From NCBI RefSeq assembly GCF_009914755.1, contig NC_060933.1: a DNA stretch of 64,000 nt; one strand, 5' to 3'. Source of the DNA: the human T2T-CHM13v2.0 reference genome, Homo sapiens. A model generated the notes under the pieces. That model ran no database searches, was not told where the DNA came from, and was given only the letters and a program-made list of their open reading frames with translations. Shown here piece by piece: positions 17,226 to 30,373 of this stretch (its first letter is position 1; every line of letters starts with the position of its first letter). The position numbers and the translations under genes were made by a program.

Positions 17226-17733
17226 TGTTATTTTCCTATGCTGCTGTAACAAATTGCCACAAAATGGGTAGCTTAAAGCAACACAGACTTTTTCTCTTAT
17301 AGTTCTGAAGGCCAAAAATTCATAATCAGTATCAGTGGTCTAAAACCAAGGTGTGATCAGCACCCTATTTTTTCCAGAGAACTCAGGGGAGAGTAATTCT
17401 AGAAATTATTCCAGAAACGCAGCTTCTAGAACTACATTTCTCGTCTCAAAGTCCCCTTCTTCTATCTTCAAAGATAGCAGCATATAATTTTCAAATATTT
17501 CTCCACTTTCATGATCACACAACCTAGATTCTATGTCAAATCTCCCTCTCCATCACTCTTATAAGGACACTTAAGATTGCATTTAGAGCCCACCAAGATA
17601 ATTCATGATAATCTTCCATCACAAAATTCTTCACTTACTCACATCTGCAAGTCTCTTTGACATAAAGGTTACATTTACAGGTACTAAGGATTAAGACCTG
17701 ACATCTCTTGAGACCATTATTCAGCCTAACACA
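17226..17733 (-). mobile_element. MLT1D/E-type MaLR solo LTR
   Basis: TGCTGCTGTAACAAATTGCCACAAA...CAGCTTCTAGA...CCATTATTCAGCCTAACACA. Confidence 0.8.
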
Positions 17734-18090
17734 GATGTCCTCTCTTGCTGCTTGTTTTACACATTGTACTTTTCTGAATACTTTTGAGAAAGTTTGCTCT
17801 AAAGAAGAAAAAAAAAGTAGTTCTATATTTGTGAGACATGTAGACTGAGGAGAATGACTATTTTTCTAATGTGATAAATAAAAGCACATTTATGTGACAA
17901 TAGCAATAATAGAGAAGATAAATGAAAGTTATGCAGAAGGGAGAAGATTTGACAATAGCAAGCATGAAAGCCCTGCAGGAGAAAAGTTTGGATGGGATAC
18001 TGAATAAAATTGTAATATTACTTTTTGATGCATACGTTCACACCATTTTTTCACAATGCTTCCTAGATTGCTCTGTATTTCTTTCCCATC

Positions 18091-18328
18091 TATATATATA
18101 TACACACATATATATCCACATATATATATACACACATATATATACACATATATATACACACATATATATACACATATATATACACACATATATATACACA
18201 TATATATACACATATATACACACATATATATACACATATATATACACATATATACACACATATATACACACATATATACACACATATATACACACATATA
18301 TATACACACACACATATATATATACACA
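18091..18328. repeat. (TA)/(CA) compound VNTR with 12-14-bp units
   Basis: Directly visible; source of the low-complexity YTHI/YIHI ORFs. Confidence 0.95.
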
Positions 18329-18445
18329 TTTTGACTGAAAATGATTGGGATGAAAGAAAATGAGAAAGAAAAACGGAATAAGGAATTCTCAATTACATAA
18401 ATAGAATATTATAATTAGTAAACCATGAATGAAAGAAGGCATATG

Positions 18446-18782
<337 letters not shown>

Positions 18783-19240
18783 TCAGATAAGAAGATGTAA
18801 AATTTATGTGCTATCTACTTCTGGAATTTCCACCATAAGGGAATAATAATGATGTAGGGGTTCACTTGAAGGACAGAACTTGTACTTGGTTACTTATGTA
18901 CACAATCTCTGCCTTACTCACTTTTGGTGGATCATATTGTGTCATTTCAATGTGGCCATTATTGTCTTTTATGAACATATACAACAAAGTAATATACCTT
19001 TACATAATGTCTACATCTCTACTGTAATTTAAACTTTAATGGCTCAAAAATGCTAAATTACAAAATAGAGAAAGATGTGTGTTAAATGCAGATTAATATA
19101 ATTTAAATAATATTATATATGATAAGGGTTTGTAAAACTTAACCATTAAGATGGATAGATGAGAAAGATAGAAACCTAGAATACAATACTAGCAAATCTG
19201 GAAACATAGTAGAGATGAGTTCAATAATTCGATTCTACAT

Positions 19241-19464
19241 AAGAGGTCATCAAACTACAAAGCACAGAGCTAATCAGGCCACTGATGCATTTTGGTAAAC
19301 AAAGTTTTATTAGAATAAAGTGACATCCTTTTATTTTACATATTGTTTACGGCTACTTATGCACTATGATGGCAAATACTGGTACTTGTGACAGAGATCC
19401 CATGGCACATACATTCTAAAATACTTAATAGTTGGCCCTTCACGAAAGGTTTTGAGAGCTACTG
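19241..19464 (+). mobile_element. MER58A (hAT-Charlie MITE)
   Basis: CAAACTAC...GTAAACAAAGTTTTATTAGAA...TGTGACAGAGA...TGGCCCTTCACGAAA. Confidence 0.75.
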
Positions 19465-21089
19465 CTCTAGGAAATCTCAGGTTCAATGTCAGTTATGAAT
19501 CAGTGTTGCTTAGCATAGCCATGTTTGAAATCCTTTCCAATGACAATAATTGTTACTGCCTCTAGACAGAAGAGTCCAATTATTTTAAGGTTTCATTATT
19601 AGGAATGGTTCATTTAATTAAGCCATAGTTGTTACTTCAAGTATAATTAATTAGTGAAGGTATATTGCTTTTATGGGATATAATTAATAGGAAAATAGGT
19701 TACTGCTGTGTGGCATAGTTATAATTTAAATGCTGTGGCTTTATAGAATTTAAAGGTAGGGTCTGCTTATTATGAATTATGCCTCCCATCATCTAGCTCA
19801 TGTGAGGTAGTTATGGAATAGCACAATATTTATGTTTGCTGATAATTTATTTTAGATATAATGGTTGGTTAGGAAGGAGTTCATGGTGAAGAAGGTATAT
19901 GTCACAAAAACATGCCTAAAATGGTGATGGAGAAGACGAATCCGTGTATTTATTCATTTAATAAATTATGTTGTCATTCAAGCAAATAAAAATAGTCTTT
20001 ACTCTGAGCAATCATATAAAATATCTGTTGTATAATTAATCGTGTGCTTCTGAATAAAATTGATGAAAGCATAGTTTGCATTATAAGCATTAATTCATTA
20101 AAATTTACCCTGAACATTGTTATTTGGTTTTATTAGCAAGAAATATAGCACTTGGAATGGTTTACTAAATACATGTGAAGAACTCTAGATCATAAAGAAC
20201 CTAAAATACAGAATTTTCAGCATTATTATAATCTATTTAATTACACATTCAGGTTTATTTGTTACTGAAACTTAGTAACTTGATTTTGGGAGTTTTATAT
20301 CGCTTCTGTGTCTTGTTTGTTTGCACAAGTTTGTTTATGGTGAAGTGCAAAGTATTTTAGTAAAAGGGATTTGAGCCACAGATGACAAATAATTACAGGA
20401 ACATATAACATAAACTACACTCGGACTTTAAAGCAGGTTTAGATTATATTACTTTGGTTATTATTCTTTGTTTTCAAAAGGGAATGATGGGTTATAGCTA
20501 TATGCCCAAATATTTAAGCAAAACACGACAAAAGAAGGGTGAAGAGACCTTTTATCTAATGGCCAAAGTAGAAGGTAGCACTCATAAAATATACTGTTTT
20601 GTGTAATAAGTGAATGGAATCTTTACACAATTTTTTGCTAGGGTTAATTGTTTAGGAAACTTTTCTAATTGGCAACTACTTCATAGAAAAACTTGATCCA
20701 GACCTATATGTGGAACTTCCCTTTATATTAACTTGCTGAAATTATTAAAGTTAAAAGCTTGTTTTTCCAGGTTGATACTCTCAAGACCTACAAAGACCAG
20801 CACATTGAAGCAATCAGTTGATTACCGTCATGATGCCTGCATATGTTTGTTTCATGTCAGACACACCTGAGGTCTGTAATTGAATACATAAAGAGTGCAA
20901 CCATGGAAGAAACAAGGTTGGCTTGTGGTGTTCCTATGGCAGCATCGACACAGCTTCAAGTGCACCATGAGCATGAGCACTGCCAAGAAAATATATTGGC
21001 TCTCAACTCTCAGAATACTGCCGCGTCTAGAACTTTTGGCCTTGCCAACCACTGGGCAGTAAGAGACAGTAACAAATCACAGCAGATAC

Positions 21090-21915
21090 TGTTTCCTTAG
21101 AGCAATTAAATTACATCAGAAAAACTAAGCTGAGTGATAACAAAACAATTTCTAAATGTCAGGAGCCTATATCAATTCATTCATAAGTTGCTCATTTCAC
21201 ATGTCCTTGGTGTTGCTTATGATTCTACTCATGGGTCATTGTCACCTTTATACCAGGATCTAGAGGACAAAGCAGCCACTCCAGAACACTGAAAGTTACT
21301 GTAGTCAAGGAAAAAAAGAATGTTGTGAGGCACGCTCTGAATTTTTGCCTCTAGAAGGAAACAGACACTTTAGTCTACTAACATTTCAATAAGCAAAAGG
21401 AAATCACATTCCATAACTGAATTAAACAGGGCAGTGAGCTATATCCTACCATGTGCATGAAGAAGCCAAAAAATATGTAAGCAATCCTAATGTTTATCAC
21501 CTTAAATTTATCCATGCATGCTACTGTGGTCACTTTCACTGTAAAAGCAGTCATTGCAGAATCATCACTAGTATCTCAGTGTATTAGTCAGGGCAATTAA
21601 TATTAGTTTCTGAACCAAACTGCAAATATCTGTGACTTAACACAATTTTTTTTCTTCTCATTCATATAATAATTCTGTAGAGGATTAACTTTCTGAAATT
21701 CCTTAAAGGTTTTCACTGAATCCTCTGCATTTAATATAAAGAGGAGTATGAGAAGCATTGCGTGAGGTATCTTATAGCTCAGTCTAAAAGTGGGAAATAT
21801 AACTTCTACCTACATTTCATTCACCAGTGAAATGGTCTCATCCTACCTGCAATTGAGGCTGAAAAATACAGCATTTCCTTGTGGTCCAAAGAAAGAAATA
21901 ATGTTATCTCACCAA
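21090..21915 (-). mobile_element. Two old MLT1-like (MaLR) LTR remnants
   Basis: GTATTAGTCAGGG...GTGACTTAACACAA at 21581 and similar degraded text at 21100-21490; very diverged. Confidence 0.4.
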
Positions 21916-22497
21916 TCTCTGTCAAGGTCAGTCCTTCTGATGCCAAAATACCTGCTTTAATCTTCCTCCCATTATAAAACACACCGACTTCTCTCAAAAT
22001 GAAAAATGCAGAGTTCTTTCAAGGTCTGGCATCCAGCTCAAAATGTAGTATCTCTGGCCACTCATAATTCTCCCAGTGAAGTCCAGATAAGGTCCTCATT
22101 TCTCAGTAAAATCTAAACTTAAAAGAATAAATATGTGTCCTGTGTACAAATATGCAACGGTGAAGTGGGAACAAGGTGGCAGCAATAAATACATCTCTAT
22201 CACCACAGTCATTTGTTCTTGACTATTTGCAAATCATTTCAGGAAGACATGGTGAAACATCCTACACTGTGAGTGGCAGAACCCCATGTGCACTGCAATC
22301 TCATTTCCTACCCTCCGGAGGAGTATATAAACTTTTCCTACATAAATAATGGCCATATTTTTGTATCAATACATTGTAAGTTCTAAGATGTGTGTGTTTT
22401 TTTAAGAGGAATTAAAATAGAAAAGCATATACCTAAAAGATGTTCCTCGGGATATATCTGCATATATTCTCTACTCTTGTCATTTTAAGTAAAAATA

Positions 22498-22746
22498 CAG
22501 TGGTCCCTTGATATCCTCAAGAGACAGGGTCCAGGACCCCAGAGGATACCAAAATCAGCACATATTCAAGTAATCCTGTGGAACCAGAGTATACACAAAG
22601 TCAGTCCTCCATATCTGCGGGTTTTTCATCCTGTGGCTACTGTATTTTGATCCACATTTCAATGCAGATGCTGATTTTTTTAATTAAAATAATCTCTATA
22701 TAAGGGATGCACACAGCTCAAGCTCATGTTGTTCAAGTGTCAACCG
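22498..22746 (+). mobile_element. MER8 (TcMar-Tigger MITE)
   Basis: CAGTGGTCCCTTGA...TCAAGTGTCAACCG terminal inverted repeats, TA on both sides (22496-22497, 22747-22748). Confidence 0.85.
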
Positions 22747-22829
22747 TACTTTTTTATTTCTGTCCAATATAATTTAAATAACATAATTCTGTGAACTGCA
22801 TGTCATTAATTACATATACTAAGAGGTGG

Positions 22830-23054
22830 CATAACAATGTGTTTAAATTCCAAGAAATGGTGGCTAGCAAATTTAATTCTCATCTCTGCTCTGCCACAGA
22901 CAAGTTCTGAAGTCTTGAGCAAATCATGAGTATCTGTCTCTAGCTTACTCATCTTAAGAAGGAGCCAGTAAGTGGCAATTATCTTTCAGTGTTCTTATGA
23001 GGAGTAAATAACCTGTACACATCAATGCTTAGAACAGAGCTTGCCATGTGGTAT
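22830..23054 (+). mobile_element. MIR SINE
   Basis: CTCTGCCAC..TCTTGAGCAAATCA..CTCATCT core and TGCTTAGAACAGAGCTTGCCATGTGGTA tail. Confidence 0.65.
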
Positions 23055-23487
23055 TATGTCCGGAGTTGGTTCCTGCCGGTGGGTTTGGTGGGTTCGTGGT
23101 CTCGCTGACTTCAAGAATGGAGTCACGGACCTTTCCCATGTTACAGATCTTAAAGATCGTGTGGACCCAACGAGTGAGCGGTAGCAAGGTTTATTGTGAA
23201 GAGCAAAAGGAGAAAGCTCCCACAGCATGGAAGGTGACACCAGCAGGTTGCTGCTGCTGGCTGGGGTGGCCAGCTTTTATTCACGTATTGGCCCCTCCCA
23301 TGTTCCATTTTTGTCCTACCAGAGTGCCCTTTTTTTCAATCCTCCCTGCAATTGGCTACTTTTAGGATCCTGCTGATTGGTGCGTTTTACAGAGCGCTGA
23401 TTGGTGCATTTTACAATCCTCTTGCTAGACAAAAAAGTTCTCCAAGTCCCCACTCCACCTAGGAAGTCCAGCTGGCTTCACCTCTCA
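23055..23487 (-). mobile_element. LTR12F-type solo LTR (HERV9 family)
   Basis: Minus strand begins TGAGAGGTGAAGCCAGCTGGACTTCC and ends ACCAACTCCGGACATA; tandem CACCAATCAGC; 4-bp TSD GTAT at 23051-23054 and 23488-23491. Confidence 0.92.
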
Positions 23488-26400
23488 GTATGTTCTGAAT
23501 AAACTGGGCTATTAAATATGTGATATGAATTAATCAAGCAGAGAAAAAGTTACTAGTGACAGGGAAAAGGAGAAAATATGTATTCAATATTATGTTGTAA
23601 ACAATTTATAAATATGCTTCACCTATGAGTTTCTTCTCAGTACCTTAGAAACTATAACACCATGGAAAATTTTGGATAGTTTAGGGAAGTGCATCATTTG
23701 GTAATGTGAAAAATAAGATGGTCGTGATAAAGGAACTTGGGAAAAAAGAAATGGCATGAATTTTGAGAACACGTACTTTCTGAGAATTTTCATGTTTAGA
23801 AAAGAGCAAGCTAAAAATCTGGAAGCGTGTTTGTTCACAGGCAATTTTCAATTGGTCTCATGCATTTCTGTGCATCTTGCAAATAGAAAGGCACTAGTTT
23901 CACATTTATTACAGGTTTTCCTTTTTAAAGATCTTTATATAGTGGATAGCCCTGGAAGATCAAGATATTGTTTATTTATGGATGAGAGAACAGATTTGTT
24001 TATTTTCAAGTAAAATGAAGATAGTGTTTCCTCCACAGAAAACATCAGACAAGTGTGCTTACTGCTCATTTATTAAAGATTTAAGTTTCCTTTACTTGGA
24101 GTTCTTCATCTGTGACACAAACTGTGTGTAGCATCAACTTGAACTCCTTGTCATCATCTCCAGTAAACTTGAGGGAAAACAGGAACCAGAGCAAAGATGA
24201 AGCTCGTGCAACTCTGTGCTGTACTGCAAATAATGGAAGTCTTTCTGTCTCTGACCAAACAGTTATGTGTCTTCTGCCAACATCCATAAAACTGAAGCAG
24301 GCTAACTTGTAAGCTCAGATCCTTCACAGTTCTTGACAATAGTCCCTTAAAACTGTCTGCAGATGCACATCCCTTGGAAAAATTTTGCATCCTTTTAAGA
24401 ATAATTAATATCCTAGTTAATGACAACTATATGACAGGATAGGTCACTTTAAGCTTCTACCCAGATTACTACAACTTTTAGGTAAATAATGTATATGCCA
24501 TTTTTTCTAAGGCTATCTAGCCATTTTTGATATAGAAAACAATATTGTGTAAGATAAGCTGAGCATATTTTTCACTTCGTTTTTGTTTTGCAAAACAATT
24601 TTATTGGTTTTGTTAATGCCCCAATCATCAGTACTGCTTGGTATAAGAGCCGAGTTTGAAGAATTATCATGTTGCAAATGTATTTTGCTCAGTTATTTCA
24701 AATTAGTAGACAGAATTGAGAAGTGGAACATTTTAGAAAAATATTGGTTAATCATACTTGGAATTTGGTTATGTAATATCTCTTTCTCTTTTGGGGAATA
24801 CAAAGGTTCATAAACTAGTGATAATCTTCACTCTTGGAACCATTAGATGCTATCATGATGTTAGCACAGAAGATAAATTTATAATGTTGCAGTGAGGTAA
24901 GGAAATAAAACATGTAAGTCTTTGAAAACAACACTATGACAGCCCTTGCAGGCTAAAAATTAGACACCAAAGCATTTTTTGTTACTTTTGGAGAATAAAA
25001 GAAGTGTGCCCCTCAATGTCTTGTGGGAGAAAATATATAGTTTGATACACTTGTCAATATCTCTAACTCAAAAATGATGAGTATAAGGAGTGACCCTTAT
25101 TGTAGGCTTATATTTCTCTCCAACAATTAAGAGAGTTGGTGGGGATGTTTTTTCCATGAATTCATCCCGGGCCCCAGGAGATTTTCATCTTGTATTCTCT
25201 TTATAATCCTATCTTAGTGTTTCATCCTCATGGCTAAGTTCAGCAATACTTCTGCATTCCAGACAGTAAAATGTGTAAGAAGAGATGTAAAAACAATCAG
25301 CTTTGTCTTTATGGAGATTAACTTAAATTTATGCTCATAATATAATTTATATTATATTTGATCAAAATTAATCACTGATAAGAGACTATAGAAGGTAATC
25401 TCCTGCTTGTGGTCATATGTACTTAGGATTCTATTACTAAACAAAATGAAAGAATGCATTATATGGACAATTAGTGGTCTCTAGTACAAAGAAATTACCA
25501 GGTCATTTCCAATTCTCAATATTAAAAAAAAGTTTATTTCTTACTGCACTATCAAATTGGAAAGGTCAGTACAGGGGCATTCAATAATAGTAAAAATATT
25601 AATAACAATCATATGTATAACAACAGAATCATTTAAAAAGATGTATATTTAAAATGTGATTATTGCATTTTATTTCCCCTGGCAGAAAATAATAAACTGG
25701 AGAAAAATCACATTTGATTGATGTCTGTTACATGGATTTTTAAAATTTGTATCAATGAATGCTTTTTAAAGGTAAACTAATTGAGGCCTACTGAAGATAA
25801 ATAAATCTTTAGTTATTTTGGTAAATATATTTTACAGTTTCATTCTTTTTCAACTTAAGTTAGATAATAGGTACTATATTCTCTCCTAATGTAAATGTTT
25901 ATGAGCATTGAAACTCCATCTGGAGAAAATAGAAACACTTTTAATTTAAATGACGCTTGAAGAAGGAAATGTATAAATGTATTCAAAACTGTAAGTGAAA
26001 ATGGGAAGGTCCTATTAAAAAAAAAAGGACAAACACTTTCCAATGACCTTTCTATAATATTAGCAAATTTATTATGATCTGTTATGAAAGACTGTTTTGC
26101 CTTCCTTGTTTCTACTGTCTCAACTCCCTAAGTACTAATTCAATTGAAAAGTAACTTCAGGTATGGGTCCATTTTAATGTCCCTCTACAAGATCTGCAGT
26201 GCCATTAATTACAATCATATAATCTTAGAGCCAAGGACCCTTAGAGATTATCTAATCCTATTCTATTAATGCATGATGAAATGGGTTTAGCAATCTGTCT
26301 AAGGTTACACAAATTCAAAAACACATAGAAAGTTTTCATAATCAAATTAAATTAAAAGTATAAAACAATTAATGTCACTAATTTATGTATAAGAAAATAT

Positions 26401-27597
26401 TAAATATCATTTTATATGAATTGATTCTGATAATTTTAATGAGTTCATAACAATGCTTCTAAATATTTCAAAATTTTAGTTTATCATCCAAATATGATAA
26501 TAATATACACTTTTATAAGTGAGTCTTCTACAGTGAAAATTACTAATTATAGGAAAGAGAAAATCATAGATAAATAGGGTTGTATCAAACTCTTAAAATG
26601 TACATGTGGAAATTTAAAAATATCCTCTTGCCAAGGGGATGTTGATGTCATTCCATAACAGGATTGACATGTGTAATTAAAACAAACAACAAAAATTAAG
26701 AATATATAAATAATATTTTAAATGCTTGAATTTATTATTTATAATGAATATTGAAATTTATTTAGTGAGATAAAAGGTTAACAAATTCTTGAATATAATT
26801 ATACTACTTTTATAATAAAATGTATCCAAGCTGAAATCTCACTTCTGTTGTCAACTGCTTTGATGGTTCTAGACTCATTTCCCTATTTTTGGTGAGTCAT
26901 AAGATGGATGACACACATGCTCAATAGCAGGTTATTTTCATGGCTAAGGTTTATCATAGCAAAAACTACAGAGCAAAACCAGTTCTACTCATATTTTTAA
27001 TGAATAGTAAACTAATGATATCTTGTTATTCCTATGCTTTGTCTATCATACCTACACATAAATATAAGCACTGGTAAGTTCTGGTTCCAAACATAGCTTA
27101 TATATGAATGCCATAATCATTCAACATGCATACATTAGCCTTGAATTTTGAAGATTAAAAATTGTTTGTAAAACTATCTAGAAAAAATTTATTATCATTA
27201 CAGCCACAGTTAGATTACAAAAGGGTTCATCAGAAATCTCTGAGGTATATAATGGGGAAAGAATATTTTGACTACCACTTTAACAGGTCTGTTATTTAAT
27301 AATATTAGTTTCTTTTTAATTGATGTTTCGTGGACATCCAGAATACTAGCTATAAAATCATATATGCTGCATAATGCAAGCAAAACAAAAGCACCTGTAA
27401 ATATTACAGAAGACTATACATGTATGTATATCATTGCCATAAAATACCTATATACATATACGTATATACACACATAATTGTTTTCACAACCATGATATTA
27501 CTTACAAAAGCATGCAAATTTAGGGAGATGGCTAAATAAGTTATGGCTTTTTCATAAATTGTAAGCCTATTCATTATAAAATATTATTGAGGATCAA

Positions 27598-28510
27598 CTT
27601 TCATTTGTTCCCCAACAAATTATTGAGCATCTACTATGTATATTCTAGGCCCATTTGTAGGGACTGGGGAAAAAATAGTGAAAATAACATTCAGAATGTC
27701 TTGGCTTCACAGAGCTGTTGTTCCAGTGTTGGGAGAAAAACAGTAATTAATACCACAAAGTATCATGTGTTGTATGCCAGATGGTTTAAGTTCTATTCTA
27801 AAAAATGTGGCAAAGAAGGGGAATAGAGAGTTCTGGGCACAAGAGGTGCTGGATACTGAACAAGATGGTTGCTGAAAGCCTCGATGGGTGGTATCATCTG
27901 AATACAATGAATGGTTATGAGAGAATGAGCCAAGAGCATAATTGAGAGAACATATTTTCAGGGAGCAGAAATAGCAAATGAGGCCTTGGTGTATGAACGC
28001 ACCCGTGAGGTTCCACTAAGGATGCCAATGTGATACAGCAGAGGAGATGAGGTCACACTCCATGGGGAGATGGTCACATAAAGCTTCTTAGAAAATGGTA
28101 AGAACTTTTGTTTATTTAATTGGCAGCCATGAAGGGTTTTAAACAGAAAAGCAATCGCCTCTTTAAAGAATTAGCAGTAACAGTTTGACTGATCTGTGAA
28201 AATAGACCATAGCATAGCAAAAGAGAAAACAGGGAAATTAGTGAGGAAACTATCGTGTAAACTATTCCTGAAGCTGTTGTAAACTATAAACTATGTAAAT
28301 TATAAATTGAAATTGTTCTATGCAAACAATATATATTTGAACCCTGTATATTAGAGGCAAAAGTCCATGATATTGGCAATGTTTTGGCCTGAACTATGGG
28401 AGGAACAGAGTTGGAATTACTCACCTGGGTTTAAATTTGGGAGGAGCAAATTTGGGATTAGAGGATAGGAAAGATCAATAGTTTTATTTTTAACAGGCTT
28501 AATTTTAAAT
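27598..28510 (-). mobile_element. L2 3' region
   Basis: TTCATTTGTTC...CAAATTATTGAGCATCTACTATGT antisense L2 terminus; GCAGCCATGAAGGGTTTTAAACAG. Confidence 0.75.
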
Positions 28511-30086
28511 AGACACTTAATCATATAATATATTTTAAATAAATTATTAATCATAAAATAATGTCAGGCTAATTTTAATACTCACCTATCAATTATAAAT
28601 AAATAAAATGATAAGAAAATACATAAAATCCGCAATAGTTGTTGTAATTAGACAGTGGAGTTACTTGTGATTTTAATGATGTAGGAATTATTCTGTTTTT
28701 TTAAATAATAAATCTTTATTAATTTTATAATTATCAAAGATGCTATAAAAAGAAATATTTTTTATTACTATGCTACTGATGTATTTCCATTGCATTGACT
28801 AACAAAATTAATACTAGAATTTTCAAAAGTATCCACAGTGGTTACTTTATTTGCACTGTTAATTCAGCTCTTTTTAAGTATGCCTTCTAGTTCCCTAATT
28901 GATATAATTCAGAGACTACACTTGGACACAATTTAATGAATAAGCAAATTAGGTCCAGTTATTCCAATATGAAATTCCTTTTAATTATGGGCTACTTTTG
29001 GAGATGTAGAATAATTTGAATGTTTAATTTGGTGACTCAGTATGACCTACTTCACATTGTTTTATGAGTGGGTGAAAAATATAAGTGCTAGGAAATGTGT
29101 ACCAGAAATAATTTGTCATCTAATTACATTTCGGAACATTATACCTCCTCAAAACTTTGTTTCAGCATATATCTCATTTTAAAAATCTATGTTGTATATA
29201 TGTTTACTTCTTTAAAATTTTAAAAATGTTTGTGGCATTCACATAAAATACAGAAGAGAATAGCAATAAGTGACATACATATACTTCAGGACCTGAACAT
29301 TTATATGACTACATTTTTTTCTTTCCTTAAAAAGAATATATTCAAATACATCATGAGAAAAATGTATAGCTTTATAGTTAGGATAAACCTTTAATTCAAG
29401 TGCTGTTACTTGAATTAAGGATGCACAAGCCCCGGACTCTACTCCACAAACCCCACCTGCTATTCTCACCACATAAATACCTAGGGAGAGGGATCTGTCT
29501 GAAGGAACCTTTCCCACAACAGCCTTTATTCAAAATGACACACCTGCCACTTTCCTGATGCCTACTCTTGTACTCCAACTGCAGAGTGATTTATTACACA
29601 CAGTTTGCTTGTATGTTATATAACAGTGATTACATCAAGGATTTGGGTACTAGCTAACTGAATTGATATATTTGAAAGTACTTTATAAAACAGAAAGTGC
29701 TGAACAACCATTAAGTATACAGAATGATTTGGCAACAATCATATGTAGTACCATATTTTCTGAAATATATATTTCTTAAAAAACAAGTTTCATTAAGTGT
29801 ATTATTTGCTGAATAATCTTTCAAAGGTCATGTTTTCATATAGCTACTATTATTGCATTTTGAAATCAAACATTATTTTCTTTGCCATTTCAGAGAAGCC
29901 CTTGGTAATCCAGCCCGCAAATGCAATTCATGCTCATGGCTCTAAAGAGAAATGGGCAAACAAAAAGATTAACTACACATTCAATAGTCATTTATTTATT
30001 TTCTTAGAGATATCTACAGTAGCTCTCTCTTATCCTTATTTTAATAAATGCTGACGTATAGAATTAGTGAGATTTTTGGTAATAAT

Positions 30087-30373
30087 ATTTTTTTTTGAGG
30101 CAGAGTCTTGCTCTGCCAACCAGGTTGAAGTGCAGTGGTACAATCTCCACTCCCTGCAACCTCCACCTCCTGGGTTTAAGCGATTCTCCTGCCTCAGCCT
30201 CCTGAGTAGCTGACAGGTGTGCACCACCACACCCTGGCTAATTTTTTGCATTTTTAGTAGAGATGGAGTTTCACCATGTTGGCCAGGCTGGTCTCACTCC
30301 TGACCTCAAGTGATCTGCCTGCCTCGGCCTCCCAGAGTGCTGGGATTACAGGCATGAGCCACCGCGCCCACCC
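30087..30373 (-). mobile_element. AluSx/Sz
   Basis: Antisense dimeric Alu, CCTGACCTCAAGTGATC; degenerate TSD GGTAATAATATTT/GGTTATAAATTT. Confidence 0.93.

Noticed and set aside
17922-18392. Five overlapping ORFs of 91-138 aa rich in Y/I/H/T or C/V/Y/M
   Set aside because: Stop-free frames produced by the (TA)/(CA) VNTR
23022-23365. ORFs of 72 and 105 aa in the GC-rich island
   Set aside because: Almost entirely within the LTR12F solo LTR; no retroviral coding sequence remains
29870-30050. Plus-strand acceptor TTTCTTTGCCATTTCAG with downstream AATAAA
   Set aside because: Isolated motif with no supporting exon structure; expected by chance at this AT content
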